Shown here one piece after another: positions 12,960 through 29,031 of a stretch of DNA of 64,000 bases (position 1 is its first letter; each line of letters begins with the position of its first letter). The translations under genes and the position numbers were made by a program. The notes beneath the pieces were generated by a model, which was not told the origin of the DNA, did not search any database, and was given only the letters and a program-made list of their open reading frames with translations. The DNA is from Takakia lepidozioides (Eukaryota > Plantae > Bryophyta). The stretch lies in contig CM060732.1 in the NCBI GenBank assembly GCA_030704615.1, positions 56,978,001 through 57,042,000 of the forward strand. The letters are read 5' to 3'.

Positions 12960-13870
12960 TTAGCTGCCATTTTCAATCTTACGTTTAAGGCTGTAAGCGG
13001 ATGTCATAGCTGTAAAGTGTATGATGCGTAGGAAAGCAGTGGTATATTTGGATGGTAGATTTAGGTAAATTTCCTTAAGAATGTGGACATTATGGCCCTC
13101 CTCTGACACCTGCAGTGATGATAGTGAAGGGGGGCGTGTTCCAACAATGGTGCCGAAGGGCCAGTATGAGGGGGTTATATTTTTCACTTCTTTATGCAAT
13201 TGATTGGTTTGGGACCTTCATGGCATAATGTGAACTCGAGAATATGGATAGTGAGGGAGGGGAGTGGACATGTTGGTGGCAGTAATGCCGAGATGGGAAG
13301 CCTTTGGATAAGTAGGATATCATAGCAAAGCCTAACTAGGTAGCAGCAAGGGTGGGTGAGGCATGTGCATGGCAAGAGCTACGAGGGTATAGTGAGGTCC
13401 GGTAGTCGTCCTTGGAATGTCAGGTTGAACCATTGATGAGGTTGAACCATCTTGACTTAGGGTGTGACAGTAGAAGTTTTCGGAGTTGTCTCACTCCCTG
13501 ATTATGTCGGGTTATGTGGAGTCCATGGATAATGGGGTGGTTGCAGCGGTGAGGCCAAGTGTCTATTTGGGGGGGGCTGAGCATGACATAACATACAATG
13601 TTTGTTAAGGTATAATAAAGGCCAAAATAAGTTTCCTCTTTGGTTACCATGTATTGGCCGTATTGAAACCGCCAGATTTGTCTAATTTGAGCATCAATTA
13701 CTATAGGGGACGTCCAAAAATGGTTGGACATAGCATATATTAGGTGTGGGGAGGAGACTCTCACGAGGGAGGCCCTTATGGAGTATATTGGTGCGGTGAC
13801 TCTTTGAAAAGCCCGCACCCTTATATTAAGGTGAACTTGACCAGATGCACTTCCAAGATGAAAATTTAAG
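12960..13870 (-). mobile_element. 3' remnant of a non-LTR retrotransposon with a restriction-like endonuclease (RLE)
   Basis: DTWPH-x-C...HGLHITRHNQGV (CCHC knuckle plus RHN), followed by degenerate (P)DILLIQ...IHILEFTLCH, which fits the PD..ExK-type RLE pattern. Frameshifted. Confidence 0.55.
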
Positions 13871-13968
13871 CTCTTCATAGATTATGTTAATGTACATCTA
13901 TTTCATCTCATAGAGTTTGTAAAGCATAAATCTTGCTGACCATTATTTCGCTATCAAGCTCAAAAGTT

Positions 13969-14951
13969 ATGGCTACATTAAGCTCTGAAATTGAGCCACT
14001 TACAGGGAGTACATACAATGGAGTAACTAAGTCGAGTACAACTAAGAAAATGCATGCACTCGCCCACGTATTCGCGATGGAAGGTGGAGATGGAGATACA
14101 AGCTATGCCCGAAATTCACATACACAAAGCTCAATCTTCACAAATTGGAGCCATTTGCTTCAAGAAGGCGTTGATGCTATGGTTGTATCCGAGGGACCCC
14201 TTCGGATTGTGGACTTGGGATGTTCTGTAGGCAACAATACCCTCTCTACGGTAGATTTTGTGATCAAAGGCTTGCAAACCAAATATGATCGAATCTCAAA
14301 ACCCTTTCCCGAAGTCCACGTGTTCTTCCAGGACTTGCCATCAAATGATTTCAATAACCTTTTTCAGTCGCTACCGCCTTTGGGGACTACAGAAACTAAC
14401 AACATCCGTGTATCCCAATCTGTCAAAGGCGTTGTAGCATCAAGAGATTACTTTGCAGCGGGAGTCCCTGGATCATTCTACGGTCGTTTATTTCCCCATT
14501 CAAGCATTGATGTTGCCGTTTGTATAGTTGCATTGCATTGGTTGTCTAAGGTACGCTAACCACCACCATCACCTGCTATAAAATCCTCAAAGAATTCTCA
14601 TCTTCTTCAAGAGCTTCAATTATATTCACTTGTTGATTGTTGAAAAATCGCATGTTTCAGGTTCCTGACACGGTTCAAGATCCAAGTTCTCCAGCATGGA
14701 ATAAAGGAGCCATTGGAGTGGTTCCTGGGTTCCATGAGAGAAATCCAACTACCGTAGAAGCTTATGCCCAACAATCAAACAACGATCTGTTAAATTTTTT
14801 GAATCATCGTGCTGAAGAATTGACTTCTGGTGGTATTTTATTCTTTGTTTTATCTGGCCGAGATTTGGATGAGGCCAAAAACAAGTCCAAAAAGTTGTAT
14901 TCAACTATGGGGATGATCTTCGAAGATGCATGGCAAGATTTAGTCTCAGAG
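13969..14951 (+). pseudogene. SABATH-family SAM-dependent carboxyl methyltransferase, exons 1-2 (13969-14550, 14661-14951)
   Basis: MEGGDGDTSYARNS, IVDLGCSVGNNT, FQDLPSNDFNNLF, AAGVPGSFYGRLFP, ALHWLSK|VP, FLNHRAEELTSGG; GT-AG intron; donor GAG|GT at 14951. No plus-strand third exon found. Confidence 0.88.
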
Positions 14952-16299
14952 GTACATCTTTGAACTCATTCCTATTGTGTTATTGAGCTACTTCTAAGTT
15001 AGATTTTGGAATCTAAGCGGTGATTAAATGTCCAAATTAATGCTATGGCATTTTGTCATACAATCTTTAAGTTGGACCACTTGTTCTCAAAGCTTGAACA
15101 AAAACACTTGAGGCCAATTTCTGTTCGGGGCTCATTCAGCTAGTAAACCCTAGTACATATGGCTTATGGATGGAGTGACTACCTATGATCCAAATACTAC
15201 TTGATTGATTTATGGAGATTATATATTAGAGTAAAAATATGTAAAAGATTATCCCTTGCTTCAAGATAAGTTTGGACCCGAGGGCAGGTTAAAAAGAATG
15301 GATAAGTGTCAGATATGTCTATTATTTCCTTAATGTCTCTTTGAAAAGATTATCGCAAATCTTGCCGTGGTCTACAAGCTAAGAAGACATTGAAATAAAC
15401 CAAAACATTTCTAACTATTCTTTGCGGAAATATGCCGCCTACTAACATTCCTTCTAATAGAACATCTATATCAAAGATTGGTTGTCTTTAGATGTGATTT
15501 TTGTAATTGTCATAATTGATTGTCTCTAAATGGTCCCTAAATTTTGTAGTCAACAGGATGGTGAAAAAGAACTTGTATGATCATTCCAGTTTAGTATGTA
15601 ACATGTCTGGAAATTAAGCTTGCAGTTAAGCTTGTGGTTACAGTGAGGTGGTTAGACTTTTGCAGCGGGATAGCTCACTCAGTCTATGAATCCGTTCATG
15701 TACCGTTTTCAAGGCAATGGGATAATGTACTAAATGTCCCACAGTCCTTACATGTGTTCTGTTTCCTATCTATAGATCCAAGTTATAAGTTTGGGTTTTG
15801 AGGAAACACTCCTTCCAAGTCCATCATATGTTTTCTGAGAATTATGCTTGCTTTGTAGATTACAATGTTTAAGCCACTTGCAAGTTTTGCGTTTATGTGG
15901 TCTGAATTATGCTTGCTTTAAAGCATTCCAAATTCTGACCACTTCCAAATTTTGCATTGGCTTGCTCTAAAGCAAGCATAATTCCGGGCATGGGAACTTC
16001 CCGATTTTACATTTATATGTTTGGAGCACTTCCGAATCCACCATATCTCATATCTGAATTATGCTTGCTTTGAAACAAGCTTAATTCTGTTGTCTTCCAA
16101 GTGCAACATTTGTCCGCTCCTCCGCAAGCATTTCACTTCACTTTGCATCCACGGTAATAAGGCCCATGTTCTCCCACGGTTATAGCTCTGCTTCTCATTT
16201 CTGCTCACGATTTAAATCTGCTCATGCTTGATCAAATCTGCTCATGCTTTATGTGTAAACAAAGCCGCTTGATTTCTTTCATTTGTTTTGGTGGGTGTC

Positions 16300-17450
16300 T
16301 ACCATGTGGAGAATTTGTGGAATGACCAACTTGTATGTAAGAACAGTCAACTTGAAGGGAAATATGAAATGGATAGATGGTGGTATCCTGTTATAGTCCG
16401 TGAATTGAAGGCATGACTTGTTGTTCATATACTTATGGGGATTAAAAAATTTCCGAACATTAGGTTGTATTGGAAGGCCAACAATTCGTACTTCAATTGC
16501 CCTCCTATAATCCGAATTATGTCCTGCAACCGACGAGAGAGCATCTTGAGAGCCTCCACCTTATTGACAACTGATATGTTTGCATTGTTCTGCTCATTTT
16601 AAATTTGACAAGCTAGCTAAAACTTGCTAGCTACTAGGTGCTCAAAATGCCATTTTGTATGTCATTTTCGTGCAGAGGCCTAAGTAGAACTTGTGTGTGG
16701 ATGAACAAATGGTGAAACTCAAAGGTGAGTATGCTAGATTTCAGTAGTACATGGCTAAAAAACCCGTGAAGTGGGGCATAAAAGTATGATGCTTGACAAA
16801 TGTATCTTCTAAATATGTCTAGAAATTGGAGGTGTATCTAGGGAAGGATGATGGAAATGATTTGATGCATGGATCTGGATATGAACTGTTTACAAGGCTA
16901 CTGACAGGCTTGATCGAAGATAAGGGACATACAACAACTATGGATAACTTATTCAACAGCCCTATTCTTTTCTATGACTTGGCAGCCATGTCCATCTTTG
17001 CTACTAGTACAGTCAAAATAATGAGGGCGGAGTTTCATTTCTACCTACATCTGGATAAAAGTGGTGAGAGGGGTAGGCTGGAAATTGGAATGATATTGCA
17101 TGCACATGTGAGGTAAGTTGGCTGTTGTTTCTTGGATGGACAACAAATTGGTGACCCTCTTGAGTACAACCATTTTCCCTATTGATGATGATTGTTTCAT
17201 TGAAAGAAGACATGGAAGGGACTAAAAGCCTTGTGCCCCACCTCCCCCATAGTGATGCACTATTAGCACCACATGCAGGGGGTGGATGTGCAGTTGCAAT
17301 TACGTGGTTATTACTTAATACAAACCCGTGACCATAAGTGGTGGCACATGTTGCATTTCCACAGCATTGACACGTCTTTTGGTCAATTCATACCTTTAGT
17401 ATCTGGGCTAGATGGCAGCAAAAGGCCGGACACCTCGTAGCCACACGCTA
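16300..17450 (+). pseudogene. piggyBac-type (DDE_Tnp_1_7) transposase remnant
   Basis: LCVDEQMVKLKG, YMAKKPVKWGIKV, TTTMDNLFNSPILF, WMDNKLVTLLST, HMQGVDVQ...KWWH; many stops and frameshifts. Ends approximate. Confidence 0.8.
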
Positions 17451-19433
17451 TTTAATTTAATTTCTTACTTTGCCGTATTTTTGCTAATTATCGTGTTATA
17501 ATTATTTCTCTTGTATTTTTTAGTTGCAAATTTAAGGAAAAGATCCTTAATTCAATTTAAACCCCTGTTGGACCTTAAAAAAACAGTATTTAGGAGGTTT
17601 TGGGCCCGTCTTTGAGGTGAATATGACTCATTCATCCCAAGATTTGGAGGTACTGGTAAATGTCTTTATCCTCCCTACTTAGGCTTGGTTTAGGTGCTTT
17701 GTGGTGGGATTTGAGTAGGTTAGTGCATCCCTACTGTAAGCGCTTCGTAGGCCTAGGCATGTAGGATTTAGTCAATAATACCCAAGACTTGGAATACAAT
17801 ATAAATACGTAAAAATACAGAATGACTTAGGAACGCAACCTCGCCTTGTGAAGAAGGAAGTTGGACCTCTTTCTTGCCGGAGTTTTAGTTGTGATACAAA
17901 TCTTCGCCACTAGCAAACCATGGACCCGTCATGCACTAATCACAGTCGGATAGGCGATTCTTCGAGCCCAACCCACACCGCTATCCGTCACGATCCCCTC
18001 GGCTAGTATGTTGTCACCCTTGCCATGGGCGTCAAGGGCTCGTCACCTACGATGCAGTGTTTACGACTGCTAGTCATGAGGGATTTCTGACTAAAAAATA
18101 ATCATGAAAATCAGTTCTTGTAGTGAATTTCTTGTATTAAGCTTTCAACATTACCGATATATTCTCTTTATAAAATAGTGATTGGGTTCCTAACAAATGT
18201 AACACAGAGCACGTCTGCTCTGATAATTAGGTGCTCTATCTATGTGTCTTTCTACCATTGTTAGGAAGTATTGTTCATTGGCACACCTGTAGCTTTCAAC
18301 ACCCACAATGTGTCAGCTTTGAGGTTAATCATTTTAACCTCCATATCTAGTTCCAACTCATCCATGCGATGTTTGGCCAATGCCTCACTGTATTCAATTT
18401 TTGCAGCTTATACGGGAAGTATGACATAAGCTTTTGGGATTCTGGTTTTCTCACCATACTTTTCAACCTTAGGATAGGTAACAAATCTCATTTTTATCCA
18501 AGGGGTTCTAATACTTGCCAACTCTTTCATCTTGATTCCTACTTCCTTAACCAATTGTTCATTGTTTTCCAACTCTTCCATGTTAAGCCCAAGTCTAAAC
18601 ATATATATGACGACCTTGCCAAAAGAATACTTTGATCATCCAACCTTTTCGTCTACACTTTTTATGTTCTCAATGGCTCCAACTTTGATATGGAAATAAT
18701 ATTGTTGCAGTGGCTCATCGTTCTTGTATTTGCGGTAGTATAGGATAGTGAATACCTTCACCCTCCCCCGCTCAAACCCCGGCTCTCTCTCCGGCCACCT
18801 CCTAAGTCTCCAGGCCTCAGCTTGTCTACTTTTACGTTTCCAGATTACAATAGATTCAGTTTCATGATTCTGGACCCCAAACCAGGTTTATTTTCTCTGC
18901 TTTGGTCACTGCAAAGGGGAATATGCTCCTGCTGACATAGTACCTCCTGTGGTGCTACATCTCATCTTAAGCAAATGGTTCTTAAGCAAATGGTTCGTGA
19001 GTTATTTGGCACAGTCTTCCGTGAGCTATGCCTTATGGCAGCCTATGGGCACAAAAGGGTTTAATTTTTTCCCTTCAAATAATCCATCATTCAATAAAGT
19101 TTTCCAGGGCCACCGCTCCCTGTTATAAAAAAAAAGACAAAAGAAAAAAGAAAAGTCTAAGTCCCCCAAAAAAGAAGAAAATAACAGTTCCCAGTATCCA
19201 GTCCACGTGTCACGGCCAGCGGCAAACTGTGAGACGTGGGGAAAACTATAATATTAATTATGGCGGAGAATAATTTCAATTATGGCGAAACCCAGCGGCA
19301 GAGAATTATTGAGGCCGCTTCAAGGCTTCTCATCTTTCCTTTTTCTTCGTCACGCGGGCGTTGGGGTTTCAGGCATTGGGGTTTCCCGTCTGCACGATCT
19401 GATCAGTGTGAGCAGGTTTGTCGATCAGGTTAG

Positions 19434-21829
<2,396 letters not shown>

Positions 21830-22094
21830 ACAGTGACAGGGACTGAAGATGGGAGGGATCATCTCCTTAGCCTGCGGATTTTTCTTGTTGCAGACTTAGA
21901 CACTAGCACCTTTCTTTGGTTAGGGTATGTGGTTTCTTTTGTATTGTCTGCTCTACATTTGATCAATGTTCTGGAGACATGGTTCGTGCCATTTTCATTT
22001 ATCCTTCTCAACCCTGTCATTGGATTGTGACCGACTCTTTGCTGGATTTGGGGCACAACTTGGTAGAGGGTTGTGTTGGGGCCACACTGTGGCA

Positions 22095-23170
22095 ACATAT
22101 GTCGAGGCCCAATGCGACCTCTCGTGTGGCTTTTGCCTTTGGCCCATGTGTGAAGAATTGAAATCTAAGACCAAGTGCAATTTCCTATGTATCCCAGCGC
22201 CTCTCCTATGTCGAGGCCCAAGTGCGACCTCTAGTGTTGCCTATGCTGTTGGCCCATGTGTGAAGAATTGAAATCTAAGACCAAGTGCAAATTCCTATGT
22301 ATCCCATCGCCTCTCCTATGTGGAGGCCTAAGCGGGACCTCTAGTGTAGCCTATGCTGTTGGCCCATGTGTGAAGAGTTGAAATTGAAGACCATGTGCAA
22401 TTTCCTATGTATCCTAATAAGTCTCCTATGTCGAGGCCCAAGTGCGATCTCTAGTGTAGCCTATGCAGTGGCCCATGTGTGAAGAATTGACATCTAAGAC
22501 CAAGTGCAATTTTTTACATTATATCCAAGTGCACCTCCTATGTGGAGGCGAGGCCCATCTAAGTCCAAGTCCAATCTTCTATTCATGTAGCTAAGTGCAT
22601 CTCCCATATAGAGGCCTGAGGCCCATCTAAGCCCAAGTCCAATCTTCTATTCATGTATCCAAGTGCATCTCCCTAGGCCCAAGTGTCTGGTGTCATCTAA
22701 GCCCAAGTGCAATCTCCTATGTATCCAAGTCTCTCTCTACAAGAGAGCCAACAAATTGTCTCGCTTCAAATAAATAAATAAATATAGACGCCTCCCGAAG
22801 GGAAGGGAGCGTAAATTATGGTGTCTCTTCACCACAAGGGCTATTGCCTTCCAGCTGAAATGTATCCCAATGCGTGTTGGCCCATGTGTGAAGAATTGAA
22901 AATCTAAGACCAAGTACAATGTCCTATATATCCAAGTGCGTCTCCCATGTAGAGGCCCAAGTCCGAGCTGCAGTGTCATATGTCCCCTATGTCTCCAGAT
23001 ACCCCAGTTTGGGAGATCTAGGGTAGCCGATTCCCTTGGCTGATGTGTGAAGAATTGTAATCTACCGCCCCATTGCAATCTCCTATGTATCCAAGTGCTT
23101 CTCCCATGTAGAGGCCCAAGTAAGACCTGCAGTGTCCAATGTCATCTATGTCCAAGTGCAATCCCCTATG
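22095..23170. repeat. About 110-bp tandem repeat array decaying into shorter CCAAGTGC-rich units
   Basis: GGCCCATGTGTGAAGAATTGAAATCTAAGACCAAGTGCAA recurs at about 22141, 22251, 22361, 22470 and 22879. Confidence 0.85.
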
Positions 23171-23631
23171 CATCCAGAGGCCATGCAGTTTGGGATCTCC
23201 ATGTCATTGTTCCAACCAAGCCCACTTTGCTATTTTTGCAATCTCCCCTGTCGAGGCTTCATATATTGATATATCCACTTTGCTATTTTCACGAATTTCC
23301 AGCGACCAAAAGTACTTGAATCTCCAAATCTCCCATGTGAAGGGCCAATCATTGCTTCCAGGAATTGAAGCCCGCTGCGGCTATTATTCCCGAATTTCCA
23401 GCGACCAAGTTACTTGGATTCCACATCTCCCACACCGCTGTTCCAAAAATCATGAGACCAAGCTGGTGCGCCCCTCCTCATCGAGGGCTTTCTAATGGCA
23501 CCAAGCACCGTTTTGGGAGATCTCAACGATACTACGAAACAAAAACAACGTCTTGCTTCATATATTGATATCCTAGGACATCTTAATAACCCTGGGAATG
23601 ATTATTACTTCATTGTGCAGTGTTTGTGTTC

Positions 23632-24020
23632 CAATGTTGGACTGATATATAGGGCCTGGCCAGGTATCAACCTGGGTATCGAATAACCGACCTGGTTGGG
23701 TATTGGTTTTTGCAGTCCTAGAGTTAATAACCGGACCCTTGGTATTGGCAATTGTAATACCTAGTCATACAAAAATTGCATAGGGTGGTATTGACAAAGG
23801 TACTACCCATGCAATACTTGTATTATGGGGCAAAAAGAAGGACTATATCAATGTTGGATCAGGTATATAGGGCTTGGTCGGGTATCAACTTGGGTATTAA
23901 ATATCCGACCCGGCTGGTATTGGTTGTTGTAAAAGTAGGGTTATTAACCAGACCCCTAGGTATTGGCAGTTCTAAAACCTAGTCAATACCTCCATAGGGT
24001 GGTATTGACAAAGCAAATAC
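23632..24020. repeat. Tandem duplication, period about 218 bp
   Basis: AATGTTGGA..ATATAGGGC..GGTATCAAC..GGGTAT...CATAGGGTGGTATTGACAAAG occurs twice. Confidence 0.7.
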
Positions 24021-24578
24021 CCTGGGGTATCTGCATGATGGGCAAAAAGGACTATACACATGGTTATGGTATGATGGTTAGGTGGGTGCACATGACCAGC
24101 CCCAAGTGCCGCCAGTATCTTCATTTTTTCCCGTATGTCATTTAAGTTAGGGCCCATCCCAAGACCTCCCTAAGGACGTGGGCCCGCCTCAAGACCTACA
24201 CAAAGCCAGCCGCCACAAACCCTTGAGAGTTTAGGGTTCCACTTGACATCATCTATCATCTCTCTCTTGTTGAAGATCTATAAGAGAAGTAAACAACAGA
24301 AAAAAAATTTCTTCAATAGATTCCAAGTACCAGGCACAATGAGCCTCCGGAGTTTTGTCACCAAAAAATAGGGTAATGAGTACTTGTACATAACCATTTT
24401 ACAAAGAATGATATTGATTTAGTTGTTCCCGCAATTTCCTCCAAAGCATTATAGTAGCATTTTTTTCATGACAAATTTATGCATGTTTCAATTCTTTGAA
24501 CTGGTTACAAAATTGCGTGTCTTATTTTCAGCCTCCCACCAGCTGGACACAACCATTCAATAGGATAAAAACATAGAC

Positions 24579-25780
24579 TTTTTTTTTTTTAAGAGAACAG
24601 GGACGGAGACCCTGAAGCTTTATTTTTTAATTATTAGAGGGGAAAAAATTAAAACCCTCGATTACACCATAAGGCACACACACCGTCGTCAGTGAAGGGG
24701 GGAACTTGACACTCATTCAGAGTATGATACGATCTACCAAGGCCCACGCCCTTAAAACCAAACTTTGCAAAAAGGTCAGTGGCACTTATTGAGAAGATCA
24801 TCCAAATCCGTTAAGAACGTGGGGTGCAGTTGTGAGTCGCTTTCTGCGGACTACCAAGTAGCCCTGTGATCAACGAAAGCTGAGCTTTGAGACTTTTGAT
24901 GACTGCTGGATATGCTTCCACGTTATGTCTCTATCAAACTCCGGTGATGCTGTGGACGGGGGTGCCGCGGATGCCCTCCATGCAAGTCGGGGGCAGGACA
25001 TTCCATAGGCAGCTGTCTTGGGCTGGAGCTGTAGCATAAGATGCCTCCCTCCCCCCATGTCGAGTAAAGGTACTGTGGAGCGCACCTCCCTGTCGTGGCG
25101 CTCTTTCAACATCTGCACACAGTTTTTTCCAAGCCCTTCTATAGACATTGAAATAACAAGGTAATTTTCAAATACCACCGAGAGATAAAAAAAGAGTATT
25201 ACACACAATTCCACATGGTATTTGGAGATATATTCCATAATCTAGATGGCGAAGATTTCTTTTTGTATCGAATAAACTTCCATACTGTGATGCCTTCACA
25301 TTACCCAGCCTCATTTTGGCTCTTAGAGAGGAACTTGTGAGGCCGCCACATCCTGCGTATATAAGTTGTAGAGCTCCTGCTACACTTTATGATTTGTACA
25401 CCGTTAGACCTTCTCTTTAATTCTTATAGCCGTTGATCGCCTTTGGCGGCGTAGATTAGATGACCTGGCCATGAGCCCGTAGCGCCTTGGCATTTGGCAG
25501 TGACATGTCTGACACCTAGTTTTTGATAAAGGGAATGCACACCTCGGACTGAGGGCGGAATTTTGGATGTTCAGTTCTGTGTATATATGAGGTGTGGTCG
25601 TATGTGGATTGCGGAGAGAGGTGTGACAGAAAGACTGTGTCTGTGAGTGTATTGTGTACATGTTGTGCATCCAGAGCATTCATTTGTGGCTCCTCTGTGT
25701 GATTCCCCCCTTTTCGTGAAGCAGACTTTACCGAGTTACATTCCCCCGCAACAAGGCTGACAGGAAGAGGACGGAGCATC
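24579..25780 (-). mobile_element. Possible highly decayed LINE 3' end with poly(A) tail
   Basis: Poly-T run at about 24579-24590 next to GC-richer, coding-like but broken minus-strand frames; no diagnostic motif. Confidence 0.25.
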
Positions 25781-26072
25781 TAAACCCTACCCGCATTTTG
25801 AGCTTCACAGTACATAAGTGACAATAAAACATGTTTTGTCACCAAGTTCGAAAATGACCTAAAAACTACCAAAACAACTCCACTAGTCCTTAGTTACTCA
25901 CTTTTAAATTAAAGAGCAACAAATGACAAGTGAATGTTATTTATTTATTTTGGGGTTGAGAGAATGGATACAGACTGCCAACTTATCGTACAACCATAGT
26001 GCTATAAAACCATGAGACCAAGTACTGGAGATGAGCAAAACACGTGAATAATCAATCTAGAATATTTAACAA

Positions 26073-26434
26073 CTATTTGCGAATAAGGAGTGCTGCAATC
26101 AAGTGATCAGAAATAACTTCCGATGTGGATGCAGACTTTGTTCTTTGAATCTCAATGCGCTTGTAAAGCTCCTCAAGAAGTCCAGCCCCATATGTGAAGT
26201 AACGAGGGCATTCATAGCAGCCTTATAAGCGTACGCAGTGTATTGTCCGAATTTTTCTTGATCAATACCCGCCCAACTTTTTGTACCTGGTGGAGGAGGG
26301 ATTTTGATTTGAGAAGACTCAAGTTGTTTTACTTCAAAGGCCCCACATTGTTCGATTGCTAATCCAACCTCAGATTTGTTGCTTCTGTACAAGGGCACGT
26401 TGAAGGAGTCTCTTGTTTGTGCCGTAAGCAAGCC
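26073..26434 (-). pseudogene. SABATH methyltransferase terminal exon, opposite strand to exons 1-2
   Basis: Acceptor TAG|GGC at 26435/26434; GLLTAQTRDSFNVPLY...EVGLAIEQCGAFEVKQLE; after a 1-nt frameshift at about 26187 it reads LLEELYKRIE...LLIRK-stop (26073-26075). Confidence 0.82.
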
Positions 26435-29031
26435 CTACACATCAATGAGTAGATTAATATCTGTTGAATATTGCTCTTGTCGCACTGTGAATATTACTGT
26501 TTTGGGTAACCTTTATCCCTCTCATGGACCGCTCCAGATCAAAAGTCATACTATGAATTGGGTCATTTATTTTATTAAGTATTTTAATATTTATTTCTTG
26601 ATGTGTTTGTTTTATTTTGTTCTTTGGTGAGTTCGTCCAAGGACATTTGGAACTCTTTTCCAAGCATGACAAAAACATGTAATCACTTTAGCCAAGAACA
26701 ATGAAAGAAAACTCCATTTGAGTTGAAAATCAGTGAATCTACCCCTAACAACAACCTACAACTTCTATTGTACAAACACCTTCCTCATCCTAAGCCGCTG
26801 AGATATGATTTAGATTACCACCCATTTCTTTGTTTTTTCTAGCTCTATCTTAATATCTTTGTATTGGCACTTGGACAATAATGTATATTATAGAAGAATG
26901 TAACTGTTGTGTGCCCATAACGTACACTCAATGTAAGTATAAACTTGACGTTGCACGAACAGGGCAGTTTGCTAGGGTTTTGTTTTGTTTTGTTTTGTTT
27001 TTAATTCCCATGTGCCACCAGGGGCTGGGATCAAGCTTGCATCAACGCAAAGCTTAACACAATTTGTTTTCAAATAAGTTAGGACCATTTTGTACAGAAA
27101 CCAAAAAAAGTCCCAAAATGTGCATTTTGACCAAGCCCGTGAGCATTGTTGCATAATTTTCCAGGGCAAATGCTCTCCATATTCCATTGCCTCCTCAAAT
27201 CCCGCTGGCTCTGTCAAAATTTCAGGACAATCCAACAAGTTTAGGGGGGGTTTACTTTGTATTTGGATGGGGATAGGCTTACGATTGAGAATTTTCAAAG
27301 CAGATCATGGAGGTCCCATGGTCACTGGAAATTTTGGGCCAAATCTAAATTGCAATGGCCAGTCTATGCAGTGGCATCTTTTTAAAGCACCCTACCAAAA
27401 ACTACAACATTTAGAGCAAAAATTGCATCTCGGATGGAGCTTTGAGTGATTTTCCCGGCGAAGGATTCTGGCAGCCGGAATTGCATGTGACTCAGGTGAC
27501 CACGCCTGTGTCGTCATACGGCCCTGCAACGTTGTCGGTCAACCTACGCGCCCCTGCCCCTCCCCCCCCCCAACTCACGAAGTTATGAATGAATGGTTAA
27601 CAATAGAGGGATGAGAATCGAGAGTATATTGGAAATGGTTGTTTATTGGGGAAGGTATGATCTTGATAAATAGGTATTAACTGTGAAAGGTACATAGGAT
27701 AAACACTCGATGTGTGGTCCTCCCTCCTAGGGAGGAGCCAATAAATTAAATATTGAATAATATGATAACTTATTATTAATTTTAGTCCAGAATGCAACAA
27801 ACGTATGACAATGTGTGTTAGGCAACTCTTCAAGTCTCTTCTTTCTTTTGATACTTTTCAATTTTCTTTAGGGTTTTGGGGTCATCTCCGTGTAAAATTT
27901 TGTGTTGGATGCAACTCCTCCAGTGTAGTGGCCTCGCGTTAAATATGTCATGTTATCTCCTTAGGAGATACCACTTTGCAACCATTGGGTCCGAGCTGGC
28001 TCTATTTAGAATCCGGATCTCAAATTCATGATCAACAAGTTTGAAGAAATGCATTCAGGTACAACCATTTGTCGGGCTCAAGATAAGAGTTGAAGACATG
28101 TGTTATTATTTTGGCTTCAAACATATCAAATGTTACATAACCATTGAATTTTGGTACATATACACAAGTGTGTGATCCTTGAGACTACATTTTTCTTCAA
28201 TTTACAAATATTAATCATATATTAATCCATCAGGGTTACTCCTGGAAAAATATAGATCTTATATCTTTGAGTCAAAGCATCTATGAAAAGCTAACATCCA
28301 ATACAAACTCAGAAATGTATCGACTAGATATGGTGATTGGTTATAAAAATTGATGCAATGATGTGTGCTAACAATCACTTTTGCCAACATTGGTATTCAA
28401 ATGCAACTTAGTAGGTGGTACTAAAGTCCTTTACTATGAATGTAACTACTATGTATATATAACAAGAAAAACAGCCATCGTTAGGTCATATTGCTTCAAG
28501 GTATGCATTAATTAATTATAGATGAACTAATATAATATTTTGATAGGTTGATACACCATATGACACTACCAATAGATTCCACATTTTTCATTTGTGCAAC
28601 GCAGAATCGTGGTTTGTCATGAATAATTGTGACGAGAGGAAGACATACAAGTTTGATAAAACCTAAAAGGGAAGAAAGATGTGGTGACACATTGTAAAAC
28701 ACAACACGACACATATGCAGGATGCATGAGGGGCTATGTAGATATGAGTATGTATTCTGATCCCACCAGAAAACTTTAACAAGTTCATGGTACATCATCA
28801 GTTTCTTAAGGCGAAGTGGACGCCGTGAGTTTTATTTTCCTTAATTTTGTCTATCCAAATTTATATTGTTCTATTAATCCTTCAAATCTACTAAATAATA
28901 GTTTGCTGATATTTTCCAGTCCCATTGGTATTCTTAAGTCATATTATTCACATTCCATTTGACACTATATTAAAGTATAACATCACATTGCACATGCATC
29001 AATATACGTTGTGTATTTTTGTTTGTGGCAG

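Noticed and set aside
22095-22520. CRISPR-like array (also 53420-54060)
   Set aside because: Whole units repeat with no unique spacers, there are no cas genes, and the context is eukaryotic.
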